NCBI GenBank assembly: GCA_963662285.2
Contig: CAXXMV010000006.1
Location: forward strand, 1,696,001 to 1,760,000
Direction: 5' to 3'
DNA length: 64,000 nucleotides
Source: a bacterium
GTDB lineage: Bacteria > Hinthialibacterota > Hinthialibacteria > Hinthialibacterales > Hinthialibacteraceae
The position numbers and the translations under genes were made by a program. Below, piece by piece: positions 50,450 to 59,541 of the stretch. The notes under the pieces were generated by a model, which was not told the DNA's origin, did no database searches, and saw nothing but the letters and a program-made list of their open reading frames with translations. Positions within the stretch are counted from its first letter, which is position 1. Each line of letters opens with the position of its first letter.

Positions 50450-51082
50450 ATGCGACATTTTCTTATCCGACGACGCAAAACTTTCGGCTTTACGCTTATC
50501 GAACTACTGATAGTCGTCGCCATCATCGGCATTTTGGCGGCGATCGCCGTGCCGAATTTCTTGAATGCCCAACTTCGGGCGAAGATCGCAAAGGCTTATG
50601 CTGATATCAAGGCTATAGCAACGGCTCAAGAGATGTATGCGCTTGACAACAACGGCGGTTATCCACCGGAATCGGAAGACTACCCATACGAACGCGGCAG
50701 GATGGAGGCGGGGCTTCTTTGGCTGGTCAGTCCAGTCGCCTATATCTCCGCATTGCCAACGGATGGATTTGTGCCGCTGAATGAGAAAATGGAACACAGT
50801 ACGCCTCGCGTGTATGAGACCGGCGTCGCGCAACGCGGTCGCAAGTTCGTTGCGTATTGCATTTTTACAATCGGACCGGATGGTTCTGAAAACGGCATTG
50901 AATCCGCACAGCCGTTTTATGGTCCCCAGCGGGGTGGATATGGCAATACATTCTCCGTATCCAATGGTCTTAAGAGCAAAGGCGATATTTATTGGTATGG
51001 AGGCGACTGTAGCATTACGAAAAACTTGGTGATTGACGGGAAAATCTATAATGGCAGTGCTCCGCCCAATTTTGGAAAATGA
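50450..51082 (+). CDS. Prepilin-type GspG-like pseudopilin, paralogue 5 (alternative start 50435)
   Basis: MRHFLIRRRKTFG|FTLIELLIVVAIIGILAAIAVPNFLNAQLRAK; LVSPVAYISALPTD.F; TIGPDG; SNGLKSKGDI; RBS GAGGA. Confidence 0.92.
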   Translation: MRHFLIRRRKTFGFTLIELLIVVAIIGILAAIAVPNFLNAQLRAKIAKAYADIKAIATAQEMYALDNNGGYPPESEDYPYERGRMEAGLLWLVSPVAYISALPTDGFVPLNEKMEHSTPRVYETGVAQRGRKFVAYCIFTIGPDGSENGIESAQPFYGPQRGGYGNTFSVSNGLKSKGDIYWYGGDCSITKNLVIDGKIYNGSAPPNFGK

Positions 51083-51274
51083 GTTAAGCCTTCCTGTTTC
51101 AACCACGGATTTCCAAAATGATGAGTTGGCAAAAAGTGGATGAAAGACGAAACTTACACATTGTCTTATATACATCAACTTGCAAACCTACCAAGTATTG
51201 TGGTTATGAAAATAAGTTTTGTTATTTTACCGTTTCGTCATTGATGAATAACTTGGAATTGGTTTATAGGTTTC

Positions 51275-51306
51275 TTTGACGCACCGGCTAGAAGCCGATG
51301 CTCCCC
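51275..51306. repeat. Solo copy of the RAYT-flanking REP
   Basis: TTTGACGCACCGGCTAGAAGCCGATGCTCCCC, one mismatch to 18441-18472. Confidence 0.85.
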
Positions 51307-51398
51307 TGGATCTGTTGTTCATTTTTCATACCGTTTCGTCATAAATGATGAGTCGGCAAAAAGTGGGGAAAAAGTTATTTTGGTAATATATCTACAAT

Positions 51399-51436
51399 AA
51401 CGGCCTGCTCGCAATATGCGAGCAGGCCGAATAAAT
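51399..51436 (-). terminator. Terminator after the 51451 gene
   Basis: AACGGCCTGCTCGCAATATGCGAGCAGGCCGAATAAA. Confidence 0.7.
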
Positions 51437-51450
51437 TGATAATTATCGAA

Positions 51451-52908
51451 TTAATGAAGTTCCCAATTCGATACAGACGTAGTTTGTTTCAGTGGATTAG
51501 CCAGAACTGTGAAAAAGGTTTGTTCTGCCGCCGATAAGTCAGAGACGCCCTCGTCCCAGGTCAAACCGTTCGCAGCAATAACAATATGCTGATTGTTCAT
51601 AGTCACATTAGGTTCATGTGACCTGTAACCAAATACTTCTGTATCCAGGCCATCATGATACTGGAAAGCAAAGAATGAAGGCGTGACTGGTTCCATGTCG
51701 CTGTTGAAGATTCGAGCAATGGTCTGTTCCGTACCAGTTGTGCTGGTATCATCGAATACTACGCAGATATTGTCGAATTCGTCACATGCGACTTCGGAGC
51801 GTACGAAAGAATTGAACATGAAATCTGTTTCATTAACGAAAATCTCATTTACCCCTTGAAGATCATCGCCGCTGGTAGTCGCTACGGCGTTGAAACGGGA
51901 AAGAACAACATCGCCTGCTGCGTCTTTACCAGCAAAGTAAACGAAATCGCTGTTAATGTTTGAGCCTATCCGGACATCATCGCCGCGTCCTGTATCCGCG
52001 ATAGTAGAGAAGGCGCCCTGCTCGAAGAAATAACGCAGGCTGCCATCATTGTTGTATACGGAAAAAATAGCTTCAGAACGGACTACAAAACCACCGTTAA
52101 AAGCAGCTACATTCGACCAGATGCTATGCGCGCCTTCGTCGCCGGCGGCATTCCAGGGTTCTTTGATGACTGCGCCTGTTTCGCCATTGAAGATAGTGGC
52201 TACAGCGCCATTACCAGCTGTTACGATGTTTTTGGAACGGTCTTCAATGCAGGTTAATATGTTGCCATTGGACAGGAAGCGCATATCGCCGCCATAACGC
52301 ATTTGCTGGCCGCCTTGTGATCCGGTATTCTCATAAGCTTGATATATTGGATCGAAACAGTTAGTAATCGGGACCGGGCCAGCAGCAGTTTTATTGTAAA
52401 TCTGTACTGCGCCCACGCAGTGATCATAACCATAACCTAAATACCAGCGGTCGCCGGAATTGAACTCATCGTACAGATAAGGCGTAGATTCCATACCAAC
52501 GATATAATGGGTTCCACCAGGTCGCCGGTCTGCTGCTACACGCGCCGGGTTGCCATCTTGCCGTTTTTCGTTAAATGGACCAGTCCAAGGTTCTCCTGCA
52601 TCTGTATAGAATGCCCAGAACTCCTGCACTTCGCCAGTTAGAGGATCTGCAAAAGCTACCTTGGCATTCATTCCTGCTTCTTCAGCCGGATGTGTGTTCG
52701 CGGTTACGATGATAGTTCCATCACCGAAAATATCGGTGAATGGTTCCCAGTATGATAAATTGGCATCGATAGATTGAAAAATCCATGTGTCAGGTATAAT
52801 GACTTCAATGCCAGCCGCTTCGGTATTAACCGGAAGATCTTGAGCGACCACGCTAGAAACGCTAAAAACAAACAAACATGATAAACACAAGAATGCTATT
52901 CTCCGCAT
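51451..52908 (-). CDS. Secreted acidic beta-rich (propeller-like) protein, paralogue C, W-tail TSVSNWELH
   Basis: Signal peptide, RBS AGGAG; colinear homologue of 46543-47994. Confidence 0.85.
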   Translation of the reverse strand: MRRIAFLCLSCLFVFSVSSVVAQDLPVNTEAAGIEVIIPDTWIFQSIDANLSYWEPFTDIFGDGTIIVTANTHPAEEAGMNAKVAFADPLTGEVQEFWAFYTDAGEPWTGPFNEKRQDGNPARVAADRRPGGTHYIVGMESTPYLYDEFNSGDRWYLGYGYDHCVGAVQIYNKTAAGPVPITNCFDPIYQAYENTGSQGGQQMRYGGDMRFLSNGNILTCIEDRSKNIVTAGNGAVATIFNGETGAVIKEPWNAAGDEGAHSIWSNVAAFNGGFVVRSEAIFSVYNNDGSLRYFFEQGAFSTIADTGRGDDVRIGSNINSDFVYFAGKDAAGDVVLSRFNAVATTSGDDLQGVNEIFVNETDFMFNSFVRSEVACDEFDNICVVFDDTSTTGTEQTIARIFNSDMEPVTPSFFAFQYHDGLDTEVFGYRSHEPNVTMNNQHIVIAANGLTWDEGVSDLSAAEQTFFTVLANPLKQTTSVSNWELH

Positions 52909-53138
52909 AATTATATTCTCCTATAACAGAATAAATTCACACCTTTAGGAACAACATGAGTTTTATTTTTTTCATAATATATTCTTCGATAAATAATTAT
53001 CCTCCTTTCTCTTTTGGTCTGTAAAATAGTTCAATTGACCGATTATATTATTATAATACAAAAGAAAAATCATGATTTCTACGGCGTATGCGAAAAAAAA
53101 CATAATTTAATGGATTGAATTGAGAGAGTTAGAGTGGT

Positions 53139-53247
53139 TATAGCGGTTAAAAAAAATATGCGTATTAAAAACAATGCGATTGTTAAAAGTCCCATTTTGG
53201 GGACTTTTAACAATCGCATTGACGCACGTTATTTTTGAATCGTTCTA
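53139..53247 (-). mobile_element. MITE-like element, family B copy 3 (inverted)
   Basis: TATAGCGGTTAA..AAA..ATGCGTATT...CGCATTGACGCA.GT.AT.T.GAATCGTTCTA is the reverse complement of the 33716 pattern; internal hairpin ATGCGATTGTTAAAAGTCCC-loop-GGGACTTTTAACAATCGCAT. Confidence 0.72.
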
Positions 53248-53295
53248 ACATTGTTCATATTCGCATAGCGAAAAAATTGAAAAATATGTAATTTT

Positions 53296-53793
53296 TTACT
53301 TGGCAGTAACTGGAATAACAATATCTACAATACATTTTCCCTCTGGATGTTCTTTTGGATTATTATGATAAATTTCATAACAAAGACGGTTGTCAAATTG
53401 ATATCCACTATCAGGCAGCCAACCACCTATGACCGAGTTCCAGGCGTTCTCGTATTCATTATCCTTCAGTTCGAACCTTGCTACGGCGAACTTACCGCCT
53501 GGGATAGTCATTTGACCTATTTCACCGTCAACTTCGGTTCCTTCAGGAACAGTTATGCATACGCTTAAGCGCAGTTTGCTCGGATCAGTGGTATTTGGAT
53601 CATCATGATACACTGAGATACACTGAGTTTCGGGGAAACAGAGCAGGTTTTTTGGTCCGGCCCATGACATAAGTTTGCCAAACAGATTCTCAAATAATTT
53701 TGCATCTCCTTTATACTGTCCTACATGCCGAATATATGCAGTATTTAGTTCCGGCATGTTTTTAACTTTGATATTTCCATGATTATCAGGCAT
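53296..53793 (-). CDS. Stand-alone GyrI-like (AraC effector-binding) domain protein
   Basis: AYIRHVGQY, YHDDP.TT...KLR..VCITVP, IPGGKFAVARF, W.P.SGYQ.D.R.CYEIY.N.P; RBS GGAGG. Confidence 0.88.
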   Translation of the reverse strand: MPDNHGNIKVKNMPELNTAYIRHVGQYKGDAKLFENLFGKLMSWAGPKNLLCFPETQCISVYHDDPNTTDPSKLRLSVCITVPEGTEVDGEIGQMTIPGGKFAVARFELKDNEYENAWNSVIGGWLPDSGYQFDNRLCYEIYHNNPKEHPEGKCIVDIVIPVTAK

Positions 53794-54101
53794 TTTGATC
53801 CCTCCATTTTAGTTTTTAATCAAATCCAAATGATTATTGCACTTATGTTCATATAAAGCAAGTGGTGTATGGTGAAAATTTGATTAGTAATGTAATGATT
53901 ATCTAAAATAATAGGTTGAAACTAATTAAATTCTCAATATTATTATCCACCTCATACTTTAACCTGGTCTATTCCTTATCTTTCAATACGTATAAAATCA
54001 TATTAACCGCTATATAATCACGTTTTGAAAAGACAATAATAACGTTATTATACAAATCTCTCTATTAGAGTTTATGATGTTGTTGTAACGGTTATCTATT
54101 T

Positions 54102-55514
54102 ATGAACACTTCATTTACTTATTTGTTTTTGCAATCGATTAAAGAAGCCCTGAGCAGACAATGCAATTTGCACAGAAGATATAACCGTATCCTTATCGCC
54201 TGTTCGGGCGGGGCTGATTCGGTGGTTTTGCTCTATTCGTTGGCTCAATTAAGTGATGAATTGAACTTTAATTTACATGTATGTCACGTTAATCATGGAT
54301 TAAGAGGTAAGGAATCGGATGCAGATGAAGTATTTGTGATTGATTTGGCCAATCGGCTGGATATTCCGTTCAGCGTGGAGCGTTTCAGCCCGGAGGAAGT
54401 AGAGCATACCAAACAAGGGAACCTGGAGGAATGCGCCAGGCACATCCGATACGTTAAATTGAACGAAGCGGCCATAAAGTTCAATTGTACGCATATCGCC
54501 ACAGGGCATACTCAAAGCGATCAGGCGGAGACTGTTTTGCATCGGATTCTACGTTCAACGGGTTCCACTGGTCTTTGCGGCATTCTTCCATTCAGGAATG
54601 ACCTTGGCGTTCCGGTGATTCGACCGCTTTTGTCTGTCGGCAGGGATAAAGTGATACGCTATGCTAAAGAAGTCAATCTTGACTATCGGATGGATTCCAT
54701 GAATCATGATGACCATTTTACCCGCGTACGCATCAGGAATAATTTACTGCCCAAATTACGTGATGAATATAATCCCAACATTGATGAAGCGCTGTCACGT
54801 CTCGCATCTATTGCGCAAGATGATGAAGCTTTCTGGAAGGCTTATGTTGAAAATCTTGAACTTAGGGTTGGATTGGCCACTTCTGATGTTCCGGGAGATC
54901 GCAAACGCTTCCTGCATTTATCCAACGCAGAACGCAGCCGCTTACTGCGTAGATATTGCCAGATTAGAAATATTGAACCTTCCTGGAGGCAAATAGAAGA
55001 CGCCCTGAATCTATTGGTTGGCGAACGTCCCCAGGCGGAAATTCATCTGAATGCTAATCACCGGCTTTACCGACGGTATGATGATTTTTATTTCGCCCCT
55101 CCTCTCGATCTTCATGAGAATAACAAAGAGTACAATATTGAGATTCCCGGACAGACAGATATCCCCGAATTAGGCATACGGACTATTTCAGTTATCATGC
55201 CAGTTGAGCAACACCGTATAAAACCTCTGGAGGTTCATACGGTGGAGTTCGACGCCGAAAAGGTCATGTTTCCGGTTGTGATACGAACCCGGAGAGAAGG
55301 GGATGTGATTCGCCCGTTTGGCATGGGCGGTTCTAAGAAGATTAAAAAGGTTATGCAAGAAAATCATATTTCACTTGAGCAGCGCGATAAAATTCCACTG
55401 CTATGTTTCGATGAAGACATAGCTTGGATAGCTGGTCTATGCGTATCAGATACTTACTGCATTGAAGCAAACACCAAAAAAGTCCTTCTAATATCAATTC
55501 ATCCTTTATCCTGA
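54102..55514 (+). CDS. tilS: tRNA(Ile)-lysidine synthase
   Basis: IACSGGADSVVLL, HVNHGLRG.ESD.DE, ARHIRY, TGHTQSDQAETVL, IRPLL, D.MN, RIRNNLLP, RTRREGD.IRPFGMGGSKKIKK. Confidence 0.96.
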   Translation: MNTSFTYLFLQSIKEALSRQCNLHRRYNRILIACSGGADSVVLLYSLAQLSDELNFNLHVCHVNHGLRGKESDADEVFVIDLANRLDIPFSVERFSPEEVEHTKQGNLEECARHIRYVKLNEAAIKFNCTHIATGHTQSDQAETVLHRILRSTGSTGLCGILPFRNDLGVPVIRPLLSVGRDKVIRYAKEVNLDYRMDSMNHDDHFTRVRIRNNLLPKLRDEYNPNIDEALSRLASIAQDDEAFWKAYVENLELRVGLATSDVPGDRKRFLHLSNAERSRLLRRYCQIRNIEPSWRQIEDALNLLVGERPQAEIHLNANHRLYRRYDDFYFAPPLDLHENNKEYNIEIPGQTDIPELGIRTISVIMPVEQHRIKPLEVHTVEFDAEKVMFPVVIRTRREGDVIRPFGMGGSKKIKKVMQENHISLEQRDKIPLLCFDEDIAWIAGLCVSDTYCIEANTKKVLLISIHPLS

Positions 55515-55706
55515 TAATGTGGTTTATCTCAATGTTGTTATATTTAATTAAAACAATTGTTTATGTATTTATTGGAGTGTTTGGGCATATTTTTTTTACT
55601 CAATGAATTGATAAGTCTGTCGATAAAGTAAATTGTAGGATTTGCAAAAGACTAATAGTTTGATTCAAGGTAGTTTGTAACATTTTATCTATTTTATAAT
55701 TGGGTT

Positions 55707-55778
55707 TAGAGCGGTTGTGAAAATGATGTTCACAAGATGAACTTTGAATAAGTGAACCTATTTTTACAAGCCACTCTG
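55707..55778. repeat. Short element with TAGAGCGG-type imperfect TIRs just upstream of an RBS
   Basis: TAGAGCGGTTGTGAAAAT...ATTTTTACAAGCCACTCTG. Confidence 0.4.
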
Positions 55779-55809
55779 TCACGAGGAGCGTTGAAGGAGG
55801 TAAACAAGG

Positions 55810-56265
55810 ATGTTTGCTTGGTTAGATATTGATTTATTCGAGAAACAATTAATGGATGAGTTACTGACAACGGCGTTAGAGTGGTGCGATTATGAGTTCG
55901 CTATAGAAATCCTTGAGAAATCGAATAGTCCGATGAACAAGGATTTGTCAAAGCAAACTGTATTCACCAAACTGCATTTGCTGGGAATCATTTATGAACG
56001 TCAGAACTTGTTAACCCTCGCCGAAAAGATCTATGGTCGCGCACTTTCCTGCATCGTAGATGAAATCTGTTTCGATCCTGTGGAAATTTCACTTTTCCTT
56101 AAGAACTATTCATCCTGTCTGCGAAAACTGAACATGGATGATCTGGCAGACGGATTCGAAACTGTTGTAGAAACCTATAGTTACAGTTGCTATAACAATT
56201 TTTTACCGCTGATGCGGTCGAATGTGATTAATGATTATCCCGAAACAGTGGCTAATGTAGCGTAA
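55810..56265 (+). CDS. Hypothetical TPR-like protein
   Basis: Strong RBS AAGGAGGT; TPR-like LHLLGIIYERQNLLTLAEKIYGRAL. Confidence 0.7.
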   Translation: MFAWLDIDLFEKQLMDELLTTALEWCDYEFAIEILEKSNSPMNKDLSKQTVFTKLHLLGIIYERQNLLTLAEKIYGRALSCIVDEICFDPVEISLFLKNYSSCLRKLNMDDLADGFETVVETYSYSCYNNFLPLMRSNVINDYPETVANVA

Positions 56266-56305
56266 CTTTGGATTTTCATTAAAGACTCTCCGTATATTAA
56301 TTATT

Positions 56306-56333
56306 GGGGCGAACAACGCGTTCGCCCCTTTTT
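56306..56333 (+). terminator. Rho-independent terminator
   Basis: GGGGCGAAC-AACGC-GTTCGCCCC-TTTTT. Confidence 0.75.
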
Positions 56334-56432
56334 GCGTTTAAATCTAATATCCTTGGATTTGGGATCATCAACAAGGTTTCCACAGTTAGGGCAGTTATCA
56401 GAAATATGGTTCAAGACGGATTTTCTCTTTTT

Positions 56433-56522
56433 TTGTCTAAATCATGATGCCCAGGATGAAAGGATGCTCATGATGAAAAATCCTGAGTATCCTGCTAATC
56501 CGGGGTATCCAGATTCAGATAT
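56433..56522. repeat. Imperfect palindrome built of 9-bp-periodic (A/T)GAT and ATCC units
   Basis: TTGTCTAAATCATGATGCCCAGGATGAAAGGATG...AATCCTGAGTATCCTGCTAATCCGGGGTATCCAGATTCAGATA. Confidence 0.6.
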
Positions 56523-56584
56523 TTTTTAACCAGCGCTCCATTCTTATCAGAACCACTCCATCGTTTGCAGCCGTGAAGCGATGC

Positions 56585-56625
56585 ATCAAGGGCTGCAAAC
56601 ATTGCGATCTTGCCCTTGGCGCCCG
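56585..56625. repeat. REP-like repeat family C (second copy 59364-59404)
   Basis: ATCAAGGGCTGCAAACATTGCGATCTTGCCCTTGGCGCCCG vs ATCAAGGGCTGAGCGCATTGCGCTCTTGCCCTTGCCACCCG. Confidence 0.65.
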
Positions 56626-56637
56626 GCATATCGGTTT

Positions 56638-57372
56638 TTAACAAATTGGAAAAATTCTATTGGGGATCAGCATTGGCGCTTTGCTTTGATAATCCTGGTA
56701 GGATTCACCAAAAGCGTTTAGCAAGTCGTTTTCTTCTAACTTTGTTGCCATGATTATCCACACAGTAAACATAAGATTGAATAATACCCGGTCATAAGTC
56801 AGTTCTGGATAGGACCAGATTATTAGAATACTGAATGTATATAGTGGATGCCGGACCCATCGGTATGGGCCTCGAATAGTGAATGGCATTTCCAATGTTT
56901 TTTTATGGAGAAGACGATCCAGGATAGGAGTAAATCCAAAAGGATCAAACGCTCCCAGCGCCTGAAAACCCCAAAGAATTCCTATACCGGAAAGACATAG
57001 AACAATGTGGAATAACCAACGGAAAAGTCCTGTTGGCGAGAACAATGCATCCGGCGATTCTTGCCAAAAAAACACTAGAACTAATAAAATCAAACCAGAG
57101 GCAATTGCATAAAATGCATTATCATAGATTGGTGGAATCCAACGCGCCAACCTTTGCCGGAATGATTTTCTAACCATCCCGCTATGCTGAACAAAAAAAG
57201 CACAGCAAAGAAACGCATCAAAGCAAAGAATTGCTGAATTACTCAATCCTATGTCAACAAAATTGAATGATCCGAAAATAAGAAAGATTCCAAATAAAAG
57301 CAACGAACCTGTACCTAAAATGAACGCAAAGCCAAGCATTACATAGTCTATCCATCTCCTTTTAATGGACAT
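56638..57372 (-). CDS. Isoprenylcysteine carboxyl methyltransferase/nurim family membrane protein (MddA-like)
   Basis: FFVQHSGMVR..F...L..WIP, FFWQ, FDPFG, RGPYRWVRHPLY, LEENDL...FGESY.DY...PMLIP. Confidence 0.82.
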   Translation of the reverse strand: MSIKRRWIDYVMLGFAFILGTGSLLLFGIFLIFGSFNFVDIGLSNSAILCFDAFLCCAFFVQHSGMVRKSFRQRLARWIPPIYDNAFYAIASGLILLVLVFFWQESPDALFSPTGLFRWLFHIVLCLSGIGILWGFQALGAFDPFGFTPILDRLLHKKTLEMPFTIRGPYRWVRHPLYTFSILIIWSYPELTYDRVLFNLMFTVWIIMATKLEENDLLNAFGESYQDYQSKAPMLIPNRIFPIC

Positions 57373-57452
57373 TATCAGATTCCTTTCACACTCAGTTTTT
57401 CATCGGGCTGTTCTTGATGCTATCACTTATGTTGTCGGAATCCCTCAATGAT

Positions 57453-59270
57453 TCAATTCAATTCAATCTTAGAACCAAGAGACATGTTGTCCTCTCTTTG
57501 AAACCAGGCGTAGACATTGCCTTTAAGTATCAGAATGTCTAGTAAAAGCATCTGTGGAGTCATTCGGATTACCAGATAATCTTGATTAGGAAACTCTGAT
57601 TGGAATTGTAACGGCAATGATTTGCGCAATAATCCCATTCTTGGTTGAGCGCCGTATTTTTGACTAATATTATTCTTGTAAAATAGTTTGCCCGGATCAT
57701 GATCCTTTTTCGGGCCGACTATGGCGATATTCAATTCACTGGCGGCGATAGGATAAACCACATCTATCAGAAAGAAATGCGGTAAGTCTTTATAATTGGA
57801 TGCATTGATGGGTTGGAAGATTTTGGCTGGATCAGAACCTGATTTAACGGCAAAGGCTTTTATGTCACGTCCATCCGGTAACTGAAAATCAACTAATTCA
57901 CCTTCTCCCAGATACACCATATCAGAATCCTGTAAATTCATTTTTTTAACCTGGCGCATTGATGAAAACGAATCATTAAGACGCTCAACTAATACAGGCC
58001 GGAACAGATATATCATCCCGATATTAATCATTACAATTATTATTATGAATAGATTGATCCATGAAAAACTTAGAGATATGTATCTTTTAACTGGTATTGA
58101 GAGGCTGGCGTTATTGTCCGTATAAGACTCGTCTGGTTTTTGGAAGAATGAAATCCCCTGGCGCCTCAATAAGCAATAAATTAGGAAAGTCAAAATGACG
58201 CCGCCTATGAATATCTGCGGTGAAAGCATATTCAATAAAATGGCGCAGACCAAAATTATGTAGTAATGGATGGATTTCAACTGTTGAGAGGCTCTTAAGG
58301 CGAGTCCACCCCATATCAGGAAGACCGGGAAGGTGTAAAACATCAGTCTTTCGACCATCAGTGCATAAAATATCTGCGACCAGATGCAGATCAGGTATAG
58401 ACCCAATGCTTTTTGCTTCCTGGATGCTCCGATAAAACCGATTATGGCCAAAGGCGCTATGGATTGGAAGCCGCCGCATAGTGATTGCAATGATAATATA
58501 CGACGCAGGCGTTCCGGCTCCAGCCAGAGTTTCTTGATTTCTTCAATATAGTATTGATCAAACCGTTTGAAACCTGAATCGATGGCATATAACTGCTCGG
58601 CTAAATGGTTGATGTACGCTGTGTCGCTAAGGGAAAATAGCAAGAAACGGGTTATAAAAAACGCCAGTAAGGCTGCGGCGCTCAATGCCAATGTGCGGCC
58701 TATGGCCTGGAATGCATACCAGCGCTGATGTTTGGCGAAATGATAAACTGGAATCAGGAATAGCGAAGTTTCACGGTTTAATACTCCCACCAGTAAACTG
58801 AAGGCGAACAGGCGGTCATTGTTAGACAATATGGATAATATGCTTAATTCTATAAAGAAGAATGATAGTGGATCGACGTGGATGTAATAGTATAGACTGT
58901 CATGAAATCCCGGATTGGATAACAAGGCGCTTAAGATGGCGATGCTGGTTAACTTGTTGCATCCAACAATACGTAAGTTTATGTAGGCCAGACAGATAGT
59001 TCCAATTATAGCGGCTAAAGTAATGCCGTAATATGCATGCGCCAGTGAAAAAGGCATCAGGTAGGCTAGCCGTGGAGTCAACAGCCTCAAACCGTGGGGG
59101 GGAGAAATAACTGACAGGGGATTAAGGGCTTGAGTGAAATATAAGTAGGGATCGCCGATCAGTTCATCCGTGGCGCCGTTTATAAATGATTGGATCAATA
59201 CAACTAGAGTTGTTACGCCAATAAGAGTTAGTATTTCACGCCGATTAGAAAAATTGAAATCCTGCTCCAT
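57453..59270 (-). CDS. Polytopic membrane protein, GT-C-like
   Basis: About 12 TM segments plus a periplasmic C-terminal domain; GDPYLY...PH.LRLLTP, VDPLSFFF, GVLNRETSLFLIP. Confidence 0.6.
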   Translation of the reverse strand: MEQDFNFSNRREILTLIGVTTLVVLIQSFINGATDELIGDPYLYFTQALNPLSVISPPHGLRLLTPRLAYLMPFSLAHAYYGITLAAIIGTICLAYINLRIVGCNKLTSIAILSALLSNPGFHDSLYYYIHVDPLSFFFIELSILSILSNNDRLFAFSLLVGVLNRETSLFLIPVYHFAKHQRWYAFQAIGRTLALSAAALLAFFITRFLLFSLSDTAYINHLAEQLYAIDSGFKRFDQYYIEEIKKLWLEPERLRRILSLQSLCGGFQSIAPLAIIGFIGASRKQKALGLYLICIWSQIFYALMVERLMFYTFPVFLIWGGLALRASQQLKSIHYYIILVCAILLNMLSPQIFIGGVILTFLIYCLLRRQGISFFQKPDESYTDNNASLSIPVKRYISLSFSWINLFIIIIVMINIGMIYLFRPVLVERLNDSFSSMRQVKKMNLQDSDMVYLGEGELVDFQLPDGRDIKAFAVKSGSDPAKIFQPINASNYKDLPHFFLIDVVYPIAASELNIAIVGPKKDHDPGKLFYKNNISQKYGAQPRMGLLRKSLPLQFQSEFPNQDYLVIRMTPQMLLLDILILKGNVYAWFQREDNMSLGSKIELN

Positions 59271-59293
59271 ATTTCAACCCGATAATAACAAAG

Positions 59294-59451
59294 TCCCCTC
59301 TCCCGCCGGGCTAGGGTCAATATCATTAACTTAAGTGATTTTCACCTTACAATGGGTGGCTTGATCAAGGGCTGAGCGCATTGCGCTCTTGCCCTTGCCA
59401 CCCGTCTCCTGCATTTTCCCTCACCCTAACCCTCTCCCAGAGGGAGAGGGG
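59294..59451. repeat. Cluster of REP-like palindromes
   Basis: CCCCTCTCCCGCCGGGCTAGGG (59295), GGGTGGC..GCCACCC hairpin (59354-59403) and intact CCCTCACCCTAACCCTCTCCCAGAGGGAGAGGGG (59418-59451), the same type as the outer layer at 18019/18534. Confidence 0.7.
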
Positions 59452-59541
59452 AATTGGTTCGATTCTATAAAGTTATCCAAAATCCAAGAAACTCATCCTT
59501 ATAAAAACGATCCGGCAAAACGAGTTATCAAAAATAGTAAA

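Noticed and set aside
50313-51368. Direct repeats as a CRISPR array
   Set aside because: Spacings are 804 and 227 bp, one interval holds a gene, and there are no cas genes.
53794-54100. Decayed AraC DNA-binding domain upstream of the GyrI-like gene
   Set aside because: No convincing AraC-like translation found by eye; the gene has its own GGAGG RBS.
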